Virus record (IMG/VR): IMGVR_UViG_3300031228_000005
Location: 1-62,091 of that record
Direction: 5' to 3' (one strand)
Length of the DNA: 62,091 bases
Origin: a virus
Taxonomy: Duplodnaviria; Caudoviricetes
Each line of letters begins with the position of its first letter. The first letter of the stretch is position 1. The notes beneath the pieces were generated by a model. That model ran no database searches, was not told the origin of the DNA, and saw only the letters and a program-made list of their open reading frames with translations. Positions 8,535 through 18,325 of the stretch are shown piece by piece. The position numbers and the translations under genes were made by a program.

Positions 8535-8765
8535 ATGTCATGGCCGACAACCAACGACCCACGTACGGAGTTCGTCACGCTGAGGTTCACTGTGAACGAG
8601 GCTGCTGACATCGACTGGCTGATCGGTGTGACGAATGCGAAGAACAGGTCCGTGGCGGTGCGTGATGCCGTGGAGCGGGTGATCGCTGCCGAGAAGCGCA
8701 GGGCGCGGAAGGCACGCACTGCCGGGGGCTCTGCGCCGAGCGAGGGGCAGCACGACGATGACTAG
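8535..8765 (+). CDS. Ribbon-helix-helix DNA-binding protein
   Basis: RBS GAGGAGG; TEFVTLRFTVNEAADIDWL...NRSVAVRDAVERVI. Confidence 0.7.
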   Translation: MSWPTTNDPRTEFVTLRFTVNEAADIDWLIGVTNAKNRSVAVRDAVERVIAAEKRRARKARTAGGSAPSEGQHDDD

Positions 8766-8981
8766 GGCACTGGCGGGCGCGGTGCTGCTGGTTGGCGCAC
8801 TGGCGCTGGGACCGGAGCAGACCAGCACCGGCTGGGAGATGCTGGCCGGTGCGATGATCGGGCTGGGTTTCGTGATCCTGCTGATAGGGGTGATCGATGA
8901 TGACTGAGCAGGCTGTGCCCCGCTGCGGGGTTGAGGGCTGCACCCAGTACCACGGCGGGCCACGCCCGGAGGAGGCTGACG

Positions 8982-9278
8982 ATGACTGAGGGCCACAAGC
9001 ACAGGCATGTCATGGTCCCGTCGTGGGACGTGTGGTACGTGCGCCTGCTGCGGGTGCAGTTGATCCACAGGCGTGACGTGGAGGCCGTGGACAAGAGTCC
9101 TTACCCGTACGGGATGTGCCGCGAGAAGTGCCCTCCGGGGTGTCAGGGCAGGCACGGGCCGTGCTACGCGCTGAGTCCGTTGGGTATCCTGCACAGGTGG
9201 ACTGGGCTGACGTTGGAGGTCCAGACCGAGGAGACGCTGGACTGCACGTATCTGGACACCGAGGGCTTGGAGGAGTGA
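8982..9278 (+). CDS. Hypothetical protein
   Basis: GGAGG RBS before MTEGHKH; abuts next gene. Confidence 0.5.
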   Translation: MTEGHKHRHVMVPSWDVWYVRLLRVQLIHRRDVEAVDKSPYPYGMCREKCPPGCQGRHGPCYALSPLGILHRWTGLTLEVQTEETLDCTYLDTEGLEE

Positions 9279-9991
9279 TGAGCGCCGCAGAGTACGAGGA
9301 TGAGTGGGACGACGAGGCCCTGCTGCCCGATGACCTGAAGAAGGGTAGGGCTGTGCCGCTTAAGCGGACGGCGAAACAGGAGGCAGCGGCCATCAAGGCG
9401 GCTGAGGAGCGCGCTGTCGCGACGGAACTGGCGAAGGCGCAGAGCGCCGCGCAGCAGCAGGCACAGCGCCTCGCGCAGATCGTGAACCTGCACATCGGGG
9501 GCTACTCGCTGGCGGACATCGGGGCGTCTATCGGGGCGACCGAGGCCGAGGTCGACCGGATGCTGGCGAACGAGACGCAGAGGTACGTGCGCAACCAGCC
9601 CGCCCTGCGAATCTACGTGCGCAACTACATCAGCGGGAAGTACAGCGAACTGCTGGAAGCCGTGTGGGACGGTGCTGTCGATCCGACGCACAAGGAGCAG
9701 TTGGAGCGGTTCGACCGGGCGCAGCGTGTGCTGGCGCAGATGGGCAGGCTCCACGGTGCGGAGGCCCCTGTGCAGTCCGAGGTCAAGGTCGAGGCCGCGC
9801 CCGAGGCCGTCGAGCGTCTGGTCAAGGCCCTGAGCACCGGGGCCGGGCTGGGCTACGACACCGACATCTTCGACGTGGAGTTCACGGAGGAGATGACCGA
9901 GGCTGTGCATGACGCTGTGGACCAGACACACAAGGCTCTAGAGGTTTCTGGAAACCGAGTCGAGGAGAGTGATGGGTATGACGAACTCTGA
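9278..9991 (+). CDS. HTH protein, probable terminase small subunit
   Basis: GYSLADIGASIGATEAEVDRML HTH; position upstream of TerL; GGAGGAG RBS. Confidence 0.6.
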   Translation: MSAAEYEDEWDDEALLPDDLKKGRAVPLKRTAKQEAAAIKAAEERAVATELAKAQSAAQQQAQRLAQIVNLHIGGYSLADIGASIGATEAEVDRMLANETQRYVRNQPALRIYVRNYISGKYSELLEAVWDGAVDPTHKEQLERFDRAQRVLAQMGRLHGAEAPVQSEVKVEAAPEAVERLVKALSTGAGLGYDTDIFDVEFTEEMTEAVHDAVDQTHKALEVSGNRVEESDGYDEL

Positions 9992-10199
9992 GGAGAACCG
10001 CGTGGTGCTGGGTGGGAGGCGTGCCGGGAAAACGGAGCGCCTTCGCAAGTGGCAGGAGGAGCACCGAGAGTCGACGGGTGAGGTTCTGGGTGTGCTGACC
10101 GGACAGGTGCCCATCCACGTCACCCCCTGCTGCCCCGGTGAGGGCACGATGGCGCACGTCCGTGGTTGCGAGAAGCACCCTGAGGCGGGCTCGTCGTGA
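9978..10199 (+). CDS. Hypothetical protein
   Basis: Overlapping start/stop with neighbours. Confidence 0.5.
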   Translation: MTNSEENRVVLGGRRAGKTERLRKWQEEHRESTGEVLGVLTGQVPIHVTPCCPGEGTMAHVRGCEKHPEAGSS

Positions 10200-10477
10200 A
10201 GCGCTACACGCTGGTGGTCGAGGTCGAGGATCATGCCGCCGAGGCGTTCGGGCGCGAGATCGAGCGTGGGCTTGGAGAGGATGGCAACCTTGAGATCGAT
10301 GGCTATGCCTACTACGACCGACTGATCAGTGTCGTGGGCGGACAGGCTCCCCCTGCGTGCCCCAACCACAAGGAGGTTCAGCACCGGGACCGGAAGCCCC
10401 CGTGGTGCAACAAGTGCGGCTGGTCGCACGGACAGGCCGCTGTGCCCGCGCGACCGCTAGGCTTCCCGCGTGACTAG
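10196..10477 (+). CDS. Hypothetical protein with Cys motifs
   Basis: CPNH...CNKC; GTGA coupling. Confidence 0.6.
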   Translation: MKRYTLVVEVEDHAAEAFGREIERGLGEDGNLEIDGYAYYDRLISVVGGQAPPACPNHKEVQHRDRKPPWCNKCGWSHGQAAVPARPLGFPRD

Positions 10478-12302
10478 TGAGCCCACCCCCGGTTCCAATG
10501 TGCCCGACTTCAACAGCCTCTCCGAGAGCGAGCAGCAGGCCGTAGCCCAACGCCTGCTGCGGCTTGAGGAGAGTGGCTGGAAGCCGTTCTGGTGCCCCCG
10601 TCCCGACTGCGACGGGATGCCGCACTGGTACGAGGAGGACGACGGGAACGGGCCAGTGAACGTGTTCGTGTCCGAGACCGACACGGTCGGACCCATCGGG
10701 CAGCCGCTCGGCCCGGTGCTGGTGGAGACCGAGGACGGGGAACTGGTCGAGCGCGACGACCCCGACATGAACTGGGCCGCTGACCTGCCTGTCGTGGGCC
10801 GTGCTGTGCTCGATCCCAACTGGGCACACAACCATGCACGGGTCGACCAGAGGCTCCCCTCGTGGCGGCGTCGATGGATTCTGTTCATCATGTCCGGGCG
10901 TGGTGCTGGCAAGACCCGTACCGGCGTCGAGTTCGTGACGCTGAACGCGCGCAAGGGGTTGGACGGGGCGATCCTCGGTCGTCGTGGCACCGAGTTGGTC
11001 AACACGCACGTGGCTGAGATCATCGCCAACGCGCACCCCGAGTTCGTGCCGATCCACTGGTCCTCGAAGGACATCCTCGAATGGCCGAACGGCGCGATCA
11101 CCTACCTGTTCTCCGCTGAGAAGCCCGAGAACATCCGCTCCGTCAACCTGTCGTACGCATGGGTGGACGAGGCCGCGTTCATGGACGAGATCGAGAAGGC
11201 GTGGCTGAACCTCACGCTCGCCACCCGTGTGAAGTCGCCGGGCAACCCGATCCACATGCTCATCACGTCGACCCCGACCGGCACCCCGTGGGTCATGAAG
11301 ATGGAGGACGACCCGGACGTTGAGGTCCGTCGTGTGTCGACCTACGCCAACAAGGCGAACCTCGACTCCGAGTGGCTGTCCGCTCTGAGGAAGGAGCACG
11401 AGGGCACCCGCATGGGTCGTCAGGAGATCCACGGCGAGGTACTGCGCGATGTCGAGGGCGCGCTGTGGAACGACTCAATGTTCAAGCACGTGCGTGCCGA
11501 GGTCGGTGCGTTCGAGGACCTGATCGACTCCATGGACGAGCGCGTGCTGGCCGTAGACCCTGCGGGCTCGAAGGGCAAGCGCTCGGATGCCACCGGCATC
11601 ATCGGTGTCGGGGCACAGCACAGTGATGAGGACGGTACCCGGCTGCCCGCCTCGCTGTTCTACGTCATGGCTCGCGCCACCATCAAGGGCTCCCCGACCG
11701 AGTGGGCCGAGCGTGTGTTCAAGGCCGCGCGCCTGCTGCGGGTGCACCGGATTGTGGCCGAGAAGAACTTCGGTGGCGACATGGTCAAGCAGGTGCTACA
11801 GGACTACGCCGCACTGAACCCGACCACCACGTGCGACGAGGACGGGATGGCGTTCAAGATCGAGGTCGTGCACGCCAGCGCCAACCAGTCCAAGGAGACC
11901 CGCGCCGAGCCCGTGGTCGGCCGCTACGAGCAGGGTCGGGTCACGCACGTCACGAGCCCCACCGCCTACGGGGACCTGAGCGAGTTGGAGAAGCAGCAGG
12001 TCACGTGGGTGCCCAAGAGCCGTGGCGGGCGCATGGCGAGCCCGAACGACATCGACGCACTGGTGTGGGCCATCCGGGCGTTGGAGACCGCCGTCACGTT
12101 CGCCGGTCAGGTGGCGACGCAGGCGGGGGTGCTGAGCAAGTTGAAGAAGACGCAGGCCCCGGTGCAGAAGGCTGCCGCACCCGGTCCTCGTGGACGCAAG
12201 GCGACGGCGTTCCCGGTCGCCATGACCAAGCGCCCCGCCGCTCGCGCCACGCCTGCCCGCAAGGACACCCGAGCCCATGTGGTGCGCAAGCGCGCGTCAT
12301 AG
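10470..12302 (+). CDS. terL: Terminase large subunit
   Basis: Walker A GRGAGKT, Walker B AWVDEAA, TSTP motif, nuclease AVDPAGS ... NDIDALVWA. Confidence 0.95.
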   Translation: MTSEPTPGSNVPDFNSLSESEQQAVAQRLLRLEESGWKPFWCPRPDCDGMPHWYEEDDGNGPVNVFVSETDTVGPIGQPLGPVLVETEDGELVERDDPDMNWAADLPVVGRAVLDPNWAHNHARVDQRLPSWRRRWILFIMSGRGAGKTRTGVEFVTLNARKGLDGAILGRRGTELVNTHVAEIIANAHPEFVPIHWSSKDILEWPNGAITYLFSAEKPENIRSVNLSYAWVDEAAFMDEIEKAWLNLTLATRVKSPGNPIHMLITSTPTGTPWVMKMEDDPDVEVRRVSTYANKANLDSEWLSALRKEHEGTRMGRQEIHGEVLRDVEGALWNDSMFKHVRAEVGAFEDLIDSMDERVLAVDPAGSKGKRSDATGIIGVGAQHSDEDGTRLPASLFYVMARATIKGSPTEWAERVFKAARLLRVHRIVAEKNFGGDMVKQVLQDYAALNPTTTCDEDGMAFKIEVVHASANQSKETRAEPVVGRYEQGRVTHVTSPTAYGDLSELEKQQVTWVPKSRGGRMASPNDIDALVWAIRALETAVTFAGQVATQAGVLSKLKKTQAPVQKAAAPGPRGRKATAFPVAMTKRPAARATPARKDTRAHVVRKRAS

Positions 12303-12304
12303 TG

Positions 12305-12313
12305 TGTTACCGT
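12305..12313 (+). promoter_or_regulatory. Extended -10 promoter, probably leaderless transcript
   Basis: TGtTACCGT ending 8 nt before ATG 12322. Confidence 0.55.
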
Positions 12314-12321
12314 CACACGGT

Positions 12322-12468
12322 ATGAGCAAGATGAGGCCCAAGCCGTACTGGTGGCAGTGGAAGGTCAGCGAGAGCCCGTGGAACAAGAACGCTCGTCGTA
12401 TCCAGCGCAAGGGCAACCGTCGAGTCCGTGACCGTCAGGTACAGCGAGAGATCAAGGAGCAGTCATGA
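12322..12468 (+). CDS. Small basic protein
   Basis: MSKMRPKPYWWQWK...; ATGA overlap with glycosyltransferase. Confidence 0.55.
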   Translation: MSKMRPKPYWWQWKVSESPWNKNARRIQRKGNRRVRDRQVQREIKEQS

Positions 12469-13370
12469 CCAGCCGAGTAGGGGTGGCTATCTCCACCACA
12501 GGTGACGAGCACCGTCTCGGGTTTCTGGAAACCTGCGTCGCCTACTGGGACGCCGCGCTGGGAGCGAGCAGTTCGCTGTTCGTGACCGTGGACGGCTCCG
12601 CTGAGGACACCCGGCGCGTGCAGGATGTGGTACGGGACTTCACAGAAAGTGTGTATCAGGTCGGGCAGCCGCACCCAGACTTGATCCATGCACGACCGGC
12701 TGGTCCTCGTATGGGTGTGGCCGTGAACAAGAACACCGGCCTCGAACTCTTGATGGACAACACTCAGGTCGAGCACCTGTTCCTGAGCGATGACGACACG
12801 TGGCCGCTGTTCCCGCAGAGCCTGAGCAAGCACATTGACTTCGAGTACCCACACTCGATGGTGTGCTGGGGGCAGAGCCGTCTCGACTACACCCAGAGGT
12901 CCTACGCGGCGTGGAAGTGGCCCCGAGGTGTACTGCTCTACCAGCACCGTTCCGTCGTGGACAGGGTGGGGGGCATGGACGAACGCTTTGGCCCCGGCGG
13001 GCACGAGCACGTGGAGTACAGCCAGCGCATCCACAATGCCGGACTCACTGCTGAGCCCTTCGTCACCCCGGCCTCCTACGCCACCCGTACCGGCAAGGGC
13101 GCACGTATGGTGTGGCACGCCGAGGACATGCGCAAGCCGGGGGAGACGTTGGGTCAGCACGCAGAGCGCAAGAGAGCACTGACCAGCATCAGGAAGACCG
13201 CCGCAGACCGCCGAAACATGAACGAACTGCTGGACCGACAGGCAGGCAGTGACGCCTTCGTGCCCTACCGAGCGCACGATAATGGCCGGGCATCGGCTAC
13301 TCTGTGCGAGAACCTGATGAGCCAAGGAGACTGTGCCGTGGAGCCAGCGATGCCGAGGAGCGAGAAGTGA
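12465..13370 (+). CDS. GT-A fold glycosyltransferase
   Basis: GVAVNKNTGL, FLSDDD (DxD), VGGMDERFGPGGHEHVEYS. Confidence 0.85.
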   Translation: MTSRVGVAISTTGDEHRLGFLETCVAYWDAALGASSSLFVTVDGSAEDTRRVQDVVRDFTESVYQVGQPHPDLIHARPAGPRMGVAVNKNTGLELLMDNTQVEHLFLSDDDTWPLFPQSLSKHIDFEYPHSMVCWGQSRLDYTQRSYAAWKWPRGVLLYQHRSVVDRVGGMDERFGPGGHEHVEYSQRIHNAGLTAEPFVTPASYATRTGKGARMVWHAEDMRKPGETLGQHAERKRALTSIRKTAADRRNMNELLDRQAGSDAFVPYRAHDNGRASATLCENLMSQGDCAVEPAMPRSEK

Positions 13371-13735
13371 GCACGGAATTCTACTGGGTGGCTGTGGTCC
13401 TGACCACGGTCATCAGCGCCTCTCGACTGACCCGGCTGGCGACCGTCGACAAGTTCCCTCCGATCAAGGCCGTTCGGGTCTGGTACGAGGACAAGACCGA
13501 TGGCTCCGACTGGCAGTGGCTCACCCTGTGCGGCTACTGCTTCTCGTTCTGGGTCACATGGCCGATCGTCATGTGGGGCCTGCTCGCGGGCGTCTACGAC
13601 AGCACGCCCCCGTCGTGGGGCACACAGGGCAACGAGCCCTTCCTCGCGTGGTGGACCTTCAACGGGATCTTCGCCATGACCTACCTCGCAGGCATCTTCA
13701 TGGCCTACGACGGCTCTGACGGAGAGGACGACTGA
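13367..13735 (+). CDS. Membrane protein (DUF1360-like)
   Basis: RLTRL...CGYCFSFWV with three hydrophobic segments; pre-portal position. Confidence 0.7.
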   Translation: MSTEFYWVAVVLTTVISASRLTRLATVDKFPPIKAVRVWYEDKTDGSDWQWLTLCGYCFSFWVTWPIVMWGLLAGVYDSTPPSWGTQGNEPFLAWWTFNGIFAMTYLAGIFMAYDGSDGEDD

Positions 13736-15681
13736 TGGCCCGTCCCACGAGGAACCGCGCACCCGCCGCAATGGCTGCCTCCCCGAGCATGGAGGTGGTT
13801 TCTGGAAACCCCTCCTCTCGTGGCGCTCCCGCCGCGCTCGCAGGCTCGGCATCCGTGTTCCGGCATGGACGCAAGATCGACACCAAGGACGACCGCCGCA
13901 CCATCGCCAAGCCGTGGCAGATCGAGGTCTACCGGCACCTGAACATCTGTGGTGAGGCGCGCTACGCCGCCACCCTGTTCGCCAACATGGCGGCTCGCGC
14001 CGAACTGGGTATCTCCGAGGGCAACGCACTGGGCCGCAAGGCCGTGTGGGTCGAGAAGGGCCCCGAGGTCGAGGTTCTGTCGGAACTCTGCCCCACGGTG
14101 CGTGAGCGCAAGAAACTCATCCGCGACTACATGCTGCACTACGTCACTGCTGGCGAGTGCTACCTGATCGCCCGTGACCGTCGCGACACCGACGTGGACC
14201 CCCACAACGCGGCTCCCATCTGGGAGATCGTCGCTGTCACCGAACTGCGCAAGACCGGGGCGGTGGACTCGCAGGGCAACCCCGTGTGGCAGGTGCGGTT
14301 CGACAACGAGAACTACATCGACCTCGCCACTGGTGACCCCGTCATCCGGCTGTGGAACCCGGACCCGGACAACCGCCGTGAGGCATGGAGCCCGTACCGC
14401 TCGATGCTCCCCACCCTGCGGGAGATCGAGTGGCTGACGCAGCACATCTTCACGCAGGTCCGTAGTCGTCTCATGAGCGCGGGCGTCTGGTTCCTGCCTG
14501 AGAACGTGACCTTCCCGCCACCGCCTCCTGACGCCGTTGAGGGTGGGGCCGAGGCCATCGCGGAGATGAACGAGGCCGAGAAGTTCATGATCAGCCTCGC
14601 GGCATCCTCGATGAACATGCTCGAAGCCGACGAGGTGTCGTTCCCGACCGTCGTCATGGCCGACGCTGCCGCACTGGCGGCTGTCGATCAGGACAAACTG
14701 ATCAAGTTCTGGTCCGAGATCGATGACAAGGCGATGCTGCTGCGCTCGGACGGTGTGCGCCGGTTCGCGCTCGGTATGGACCTACCGCCTGAGCAGGTGC
14801 TCGGATCGTCTGGACTCGCCGTCACGGGCTCTGGCGGGTCGGCTGGCTCGGTCAACCACTGGGGGGTGTGGGCCAACGAGGAGCAGACCATCTCGAACCA
14901 CATCGAGCCCGCTCTCGACACACTGGTGGCCGTGCTCACCACGGCTGTAGTGCGTGAGGTGGTCGAGCAGACCACCAAGATGGTCGCCTACGACACCGCC
15001 AGCCTGCGACTTCGGCAGGATCGCTCCAAGGAAGCCGCCGAGTGGTACGACCGGGGCGTCCTGAGCGCGGATGTCGCACTGCGGGAGAACGGTTTCGATC
15101 CGCAGAACGACATGATGGACGACAAGGAGTGGACCAAGTGGATTCTCACCAAGATCGCGGGTGGGTCCGCCACCCCTGAGCAGGTTCAGGCCGCGCTGTC
15201 CATGCTCGGCGTCGTGCTGAACATCCCGGCACCCGCTGTTTCTGGAAACCGACCCCCGGAATTGAAGCCCGCACCGGGTCAGCCGGGGCGCAACGAACCC
15301 CCGACCCTTGAGGATCACCCCTACGAGGGGCCCCCTAGGGTGCAGCACGACCAGTCCCCGGCCCCGTTCAGCGCCTTGCATGCCTCAGCCGAGGTACTGG
15401 TGCTCCGAGCCCTTGAGAAGGCGGGGAATCGCCTGCTGAACGACGGCAAGCGGGGCCGTGACCGGGATCGGACCACCCCGGCCCACCTCGCGCACCTCAC
15501 GGCGGCGGGATCGAGCGCCACGTTCGACTTTGATCTGCTCCCGACCGTGCTCGGGGACCTCCCGGCAGGGAAGCAGGCGCGGATCGAGGGTGCATTGACC
15601 CGATTCTGCAACGAGATGTACGCCGAGGGCACCGCATACACCCGAGATGGCCTGATCGCCGTCATGAAGGGACTGTCATGA
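13735..15681 (+). CDS. Portal protein
   Basis: 648 aa after terminase; RSRLMSAG, LGMDLPPEQVLG, NHWGVW motifs resembling mycobacteriophage cluster B-type portals. Confidence 0.85.
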   Translation: MARPTRNRAPAAMAASPSMEVVSGNPSSRGAPAALAGSASVFRHGRKIDTKDDRRTIAKPWQIEVYRHLNICGEARYAATLFANMAARAELGISEGNALGRKAVWVEKGPEVEVLSELCPTVRERKKLIRDYMLHYVTAGECYLIARDRRDTDVDPHNAAPIWEIVAVTELRKTGAVDSQGNPVWQVRFDNENYIDLATGDPVIRLWNPDPDNRREAWSPYRSMLPTLREIEWLTQHIFTQVRSRLMSAGVWFLPENVTFPPPPPDAVEGGAEAIAEMNEAEKFMISLAASSMNMLEADEVSFPTVVMADAAALAAVDQDKLIKFWSEIDDKAMLLRSDGVRRFALGMDLPPEQVLGSSGLAVTGSGGSAGSVNHWGVWANEEQTISNHIEPALDTLVAVLTTAVVREVVEQTTKMVAYDTASLRLRQDRSKEAAEWYDRGVLSADVALRENGFDPQNDMMDDKEWTKWILTKIAGGSATPEQVQAALSMLGVVLNIPAPAVSGNRPPELKPAPGQPGRNEPPTLEDHPYEGPPRVQHDQSPAPFSALHASAEVLVLRALEKAGNRLLNDGKRGRDRDRTTPAHLAHLTAAGSSATFDFDLLPTVLGDLPAGKQARIEGALTRFCNEMYAEGTAYTRDGLIAVMKGLS

Positions 15682-18170
15682 CGTTTCGGAACGTGGACAC
15701 GGACGAGCGCAAGCGTCTCGCGGACGCTGGCAAGGCGCTGCCGGACGGTTCCTTCCCGATTGCGACCGAGGAAGACCTTCGCAACGCGATTCAGGCCATC
15801 GGGCGAGCCAAGGACCCCGAGAAGGCCAAGAGCCACATTAAGAAGCGGGCCAAGGCGCTGGGCAAGGACGACCTGATCCCCGAGACGTGGAGTGCCAGCC
15901 CGTTTCTGGAAACGGTGATGCGTGAGTTCGACCGGATGCGGGCACGGCGCTTCGCCGGGGGCTATGAGGGGGTCACCCATGCGGGGCTGGCTATCGTGGC
16001 GCTCAGTACGGGGCGGGTCCTGCTCGCGCAGCGTGCGTACGACGAGACCGACGCCGATGATGTGGCGGAGACGTGGGAGTTCCCCGGTGGGGGGCTCAAC
16101 CCCGACGAGGAGCCCTATGCCGGGGCACTGCGGGAGTTCTCCGAGGAGGTCGGGTGGGATCTTCCGACTGATGCACAGGTCGTGAACGGCTGGCGCTCTC
16201 CGGAAGGCAACTACCAGTTGTTCGTGGTCACGGTGCCCGGAGAGGGCGAGTACGAGGTCTTCGAGCCGACAGCCGAGGTTCAGGCTGTTCGCTGGTTGGA
16301 TGCCGCTGCTGTGGACACCGAACTGGCCCACGGTAGGCTTCGACCTGAGATGACCGAGATGGACTGGTCCCTGATCTGGGGCGTTTCTGGAAACGAGGAC
16401 ACGATGACCGAACTGGCTGTAGAGCCTGACTTGACGATGGTTGACCTCGCGGTCGACTCGATCCCGGTGCACGGTGTGCTGGCCCCCGAGGAGGCTGCGA
16501 CGGGTGATGGTCGCGCCTTCAACGACGGGTCCATGACGGCTCGCCCTGGTCGCCTGCCCTTCTCGTGGCAGATCGAGTCCAACCCCGGCCATGACAAGTC
16601 CGTGGTTGTCGGCTCGGTGGACAGGCTCATGCGCAAGGACGGGCTCATCCACTGGGAGGGTCGTCTGATGAGCAGTGAGGTGGCGTGCGACTTCGCAGAA
16701 CTCCTCGCGTTCTTCGGGCGCTTCGGTGTCTCGGTCGACGGCGACAACGGCTCGCTCGACAAGGCCAAGAGCGATGCCACGGGCATCACGTGGTTCGAGG
16801 CCGTGCGTGCGTCCGGCCTGACCGCCGTCGCCATCCCCGCCTTCCAAGAGGCGTACGTCGCCTTCGGGCCGCACCCGGACATGCCAGCCAACGACGACTC
16901 CGTGATGACCGCTGCGCTGGTGGCGTCGGGGGACCTCGTGACGTTCGACCGTGGTCCGGGCTGGGTGACCAACCCCACCGAGACCCGGCGTCTCCATGCC
17001 TACTGGACCAAGAAGGGTGAGCCCGGCTACGCCAAGATCGGCTGGGGCACCCCCGGCGACTTCACGCGGGCCAAGAAGTTGATCGGTGCGAAGATCGCCG
17101 CCAACTCCCCCGAGGACATGAAGTACCTCAACCAGATCATCGCCCGCTGGCACCACGACGCGCTCGGCTACTGGCCCGGTGAACTCGGCAAGCCGGGGAA
17201 CGCGCCCGACACCCCGGAGAATCGCAAGCGTGCCGCGATCCACGCCGGGGGCGAGACCCGCGAGTTCGACAACCCCGCCATCGAGGCCACCGACGACGGG
17301 TGGGAGGCGGTGCTCGTCTCGTCGGTTTCTGGAAACGCCGTCCGACCGCCACTGTCCTACTTCCATCGTCATGAGGACATGGGCGCGATGGTGGTTGAGG
17401 AGCCGGATGCGAACGGCTTCCGCCGCACCTACGGCTACGCAGGCGAGTGGGGCGTGTGCCACATCGGCATGGCCGGTCGCTGTGTCGAGCCGCCCATGAC
17501 CGGCAGCGACGACTACCCGCGCTTCCACCTCGGTATCACCCGCACTGACGAGGGCATCATCAACACGGGTGTGCTGACCTACGGGGTAGGCCACCGCGAC
17601 GCCGACACGATCCTCCGGGAGACCGCCGAGCAGGCGTACTTTGACAACGTCAACAACGCATGGGCAGCCGTGCGGGTCGGTGAGGACGAGCGGGGAATCT
17701 GGTTCGCTGGCGTCGTGCTTCCGGGCGTGCCCGAGGACCACATCGTCAAGATCGAGGCGTCCGGTCAGGTCTCTGGTGAGTGGCTCTACGGTCAGATGTC
17801 CGCCTGCCTGACCGTCAACGTACCCGGCTACGCCGTGGAGCGCGCATCGGCCTCCTACGACGAGGATGGCAACGTCATCGCACTGGCTGCGAGCGCCTTC
17901 AACAACATCGAGGACGCCCCCTGCGCCGAACCCACCCCGGCTGAGCGGATGCAGGCTCTCGCCCGTATCGATGCTGAGGTTCGTATGGATGCCCTGCGCG
18001 AGCAGTTCAACTGGACTGACATCGCGGAGGAACTGGTCACCGAGGCTCAGGAGGACGGGCGTGTCGAGCCGGTCGGCCTGCGTGAGGATGGCGCTGTCGT
18101 CTATGAGATGGACGGCGAGATCCCCGGCACGGACACCATCGTTGAGCCGTACCCCTCGGACGGTGCCTGA
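15678..18170 (+). CDS. Capsid maturation protease fused to Nudix hydrolase
   Basis: N-terminal ALPDGSFPI domain; Nudix box GGLNPDEEPYAGALREFSEEVG; protease-like TGDGR...GHDKSVVVG; position after portal. Confidence 0.8.
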   Translation: MTFRNVDTDERKRLADAGKALPDGSFPIATEEDLRNAIQAIGRAKDPEKAKSHIKKRAKALGKDDLIPETWSASPFLETVMREFDRMRARRFAGGYEGVTHAGLAIVALSTGRVLLAQRAYDETDADDVAETWEFPGGGLNPDEEPYAGALREFSEEVGWDLPTDAQVVNGWRSPEGNYQLFVVTVPGEGEYEVFEPTAEVQAVRWLDAAAVDTELAHGRLRPEMTEMDWSLIWGVSGNEDTMTELAVEPDLTMVDLAVDSIPVHGVLAPEEAATGDGRAFNDGSMTARPGRLPFSWQIESNPGHDKSVVVGSVDRLMRKDGLIHWEGRLMSSEVACDFAELLAFFGRFGVSVDGDNGSLDKAKSDATGITWFEAVRASGLTAVAIPAFQEAYVAFGPHPDMPANDDSVMTAALVASGDLVTFDRGPGWVTNPTETRRLHAYWTKKGEPGYAKIGWGTPGDFTRAKKLIGAKIAANSPEDMKYLNQIIARWHHDALGYWPGELGKPGNAPDTPENRKRAAIHAGGETREFDNPAIEATDDGWEAVLVSSVSGNAVRPPLSYFHRHEDMGAMVVEEPDANGFRRTYGYAGEWGVCHIGMAGRCVEPPMTGSDDYPRFHLGITRTDEGIINTGVLTYGVGHRDADTILRETAEQAYFDNVNNAWAAVRVGEDERGIWFAGVVLPGVPEDHIVKIEASGQVSGEWLYGQMSACLTVNVPGYAVERASASYDEDGNVIALAASAFNNIEDAPCAEPTPAERMQALARIDAEVRMDALREQFNWTDIAEELVTEAQEDGRVEPVGLREDGAVVYEMDGEIPGTDTIVEPYPSDGA

Positions 18171-18322
18171 TGGCCTGCGCGTGCAAGGGCCGCAAGAAGG
18201 CCACGTACGTGTGGACCAGCGCTGACGGCGTGGTGACCATGACGTACAACACCGAACTTGAGGCGAAGGCCAAGGTCATGCGCAAGGGTGGCACGTACAA
18301 GACGCTGACTGTCGGCGGGTGA
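18170..18322 (+). CDS. Small Cys-start protein (MACACKG...)
   Basis: Manual translation, 50 aa, TGATG coupling. Confidence 0.7.
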   Translation: MACACKGRKKATYVWTSADGVVTMTYNTELEAKAKVMRKGGTYKTLTVGG

Positions 18323-18325
18323 CGG

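Noticed and set aside
9978-10199. GGRRAGKT as a functional ATPase
   Set aside because: ORF is only ~73 aa with no Walker B; at most a terminase-like remnant.
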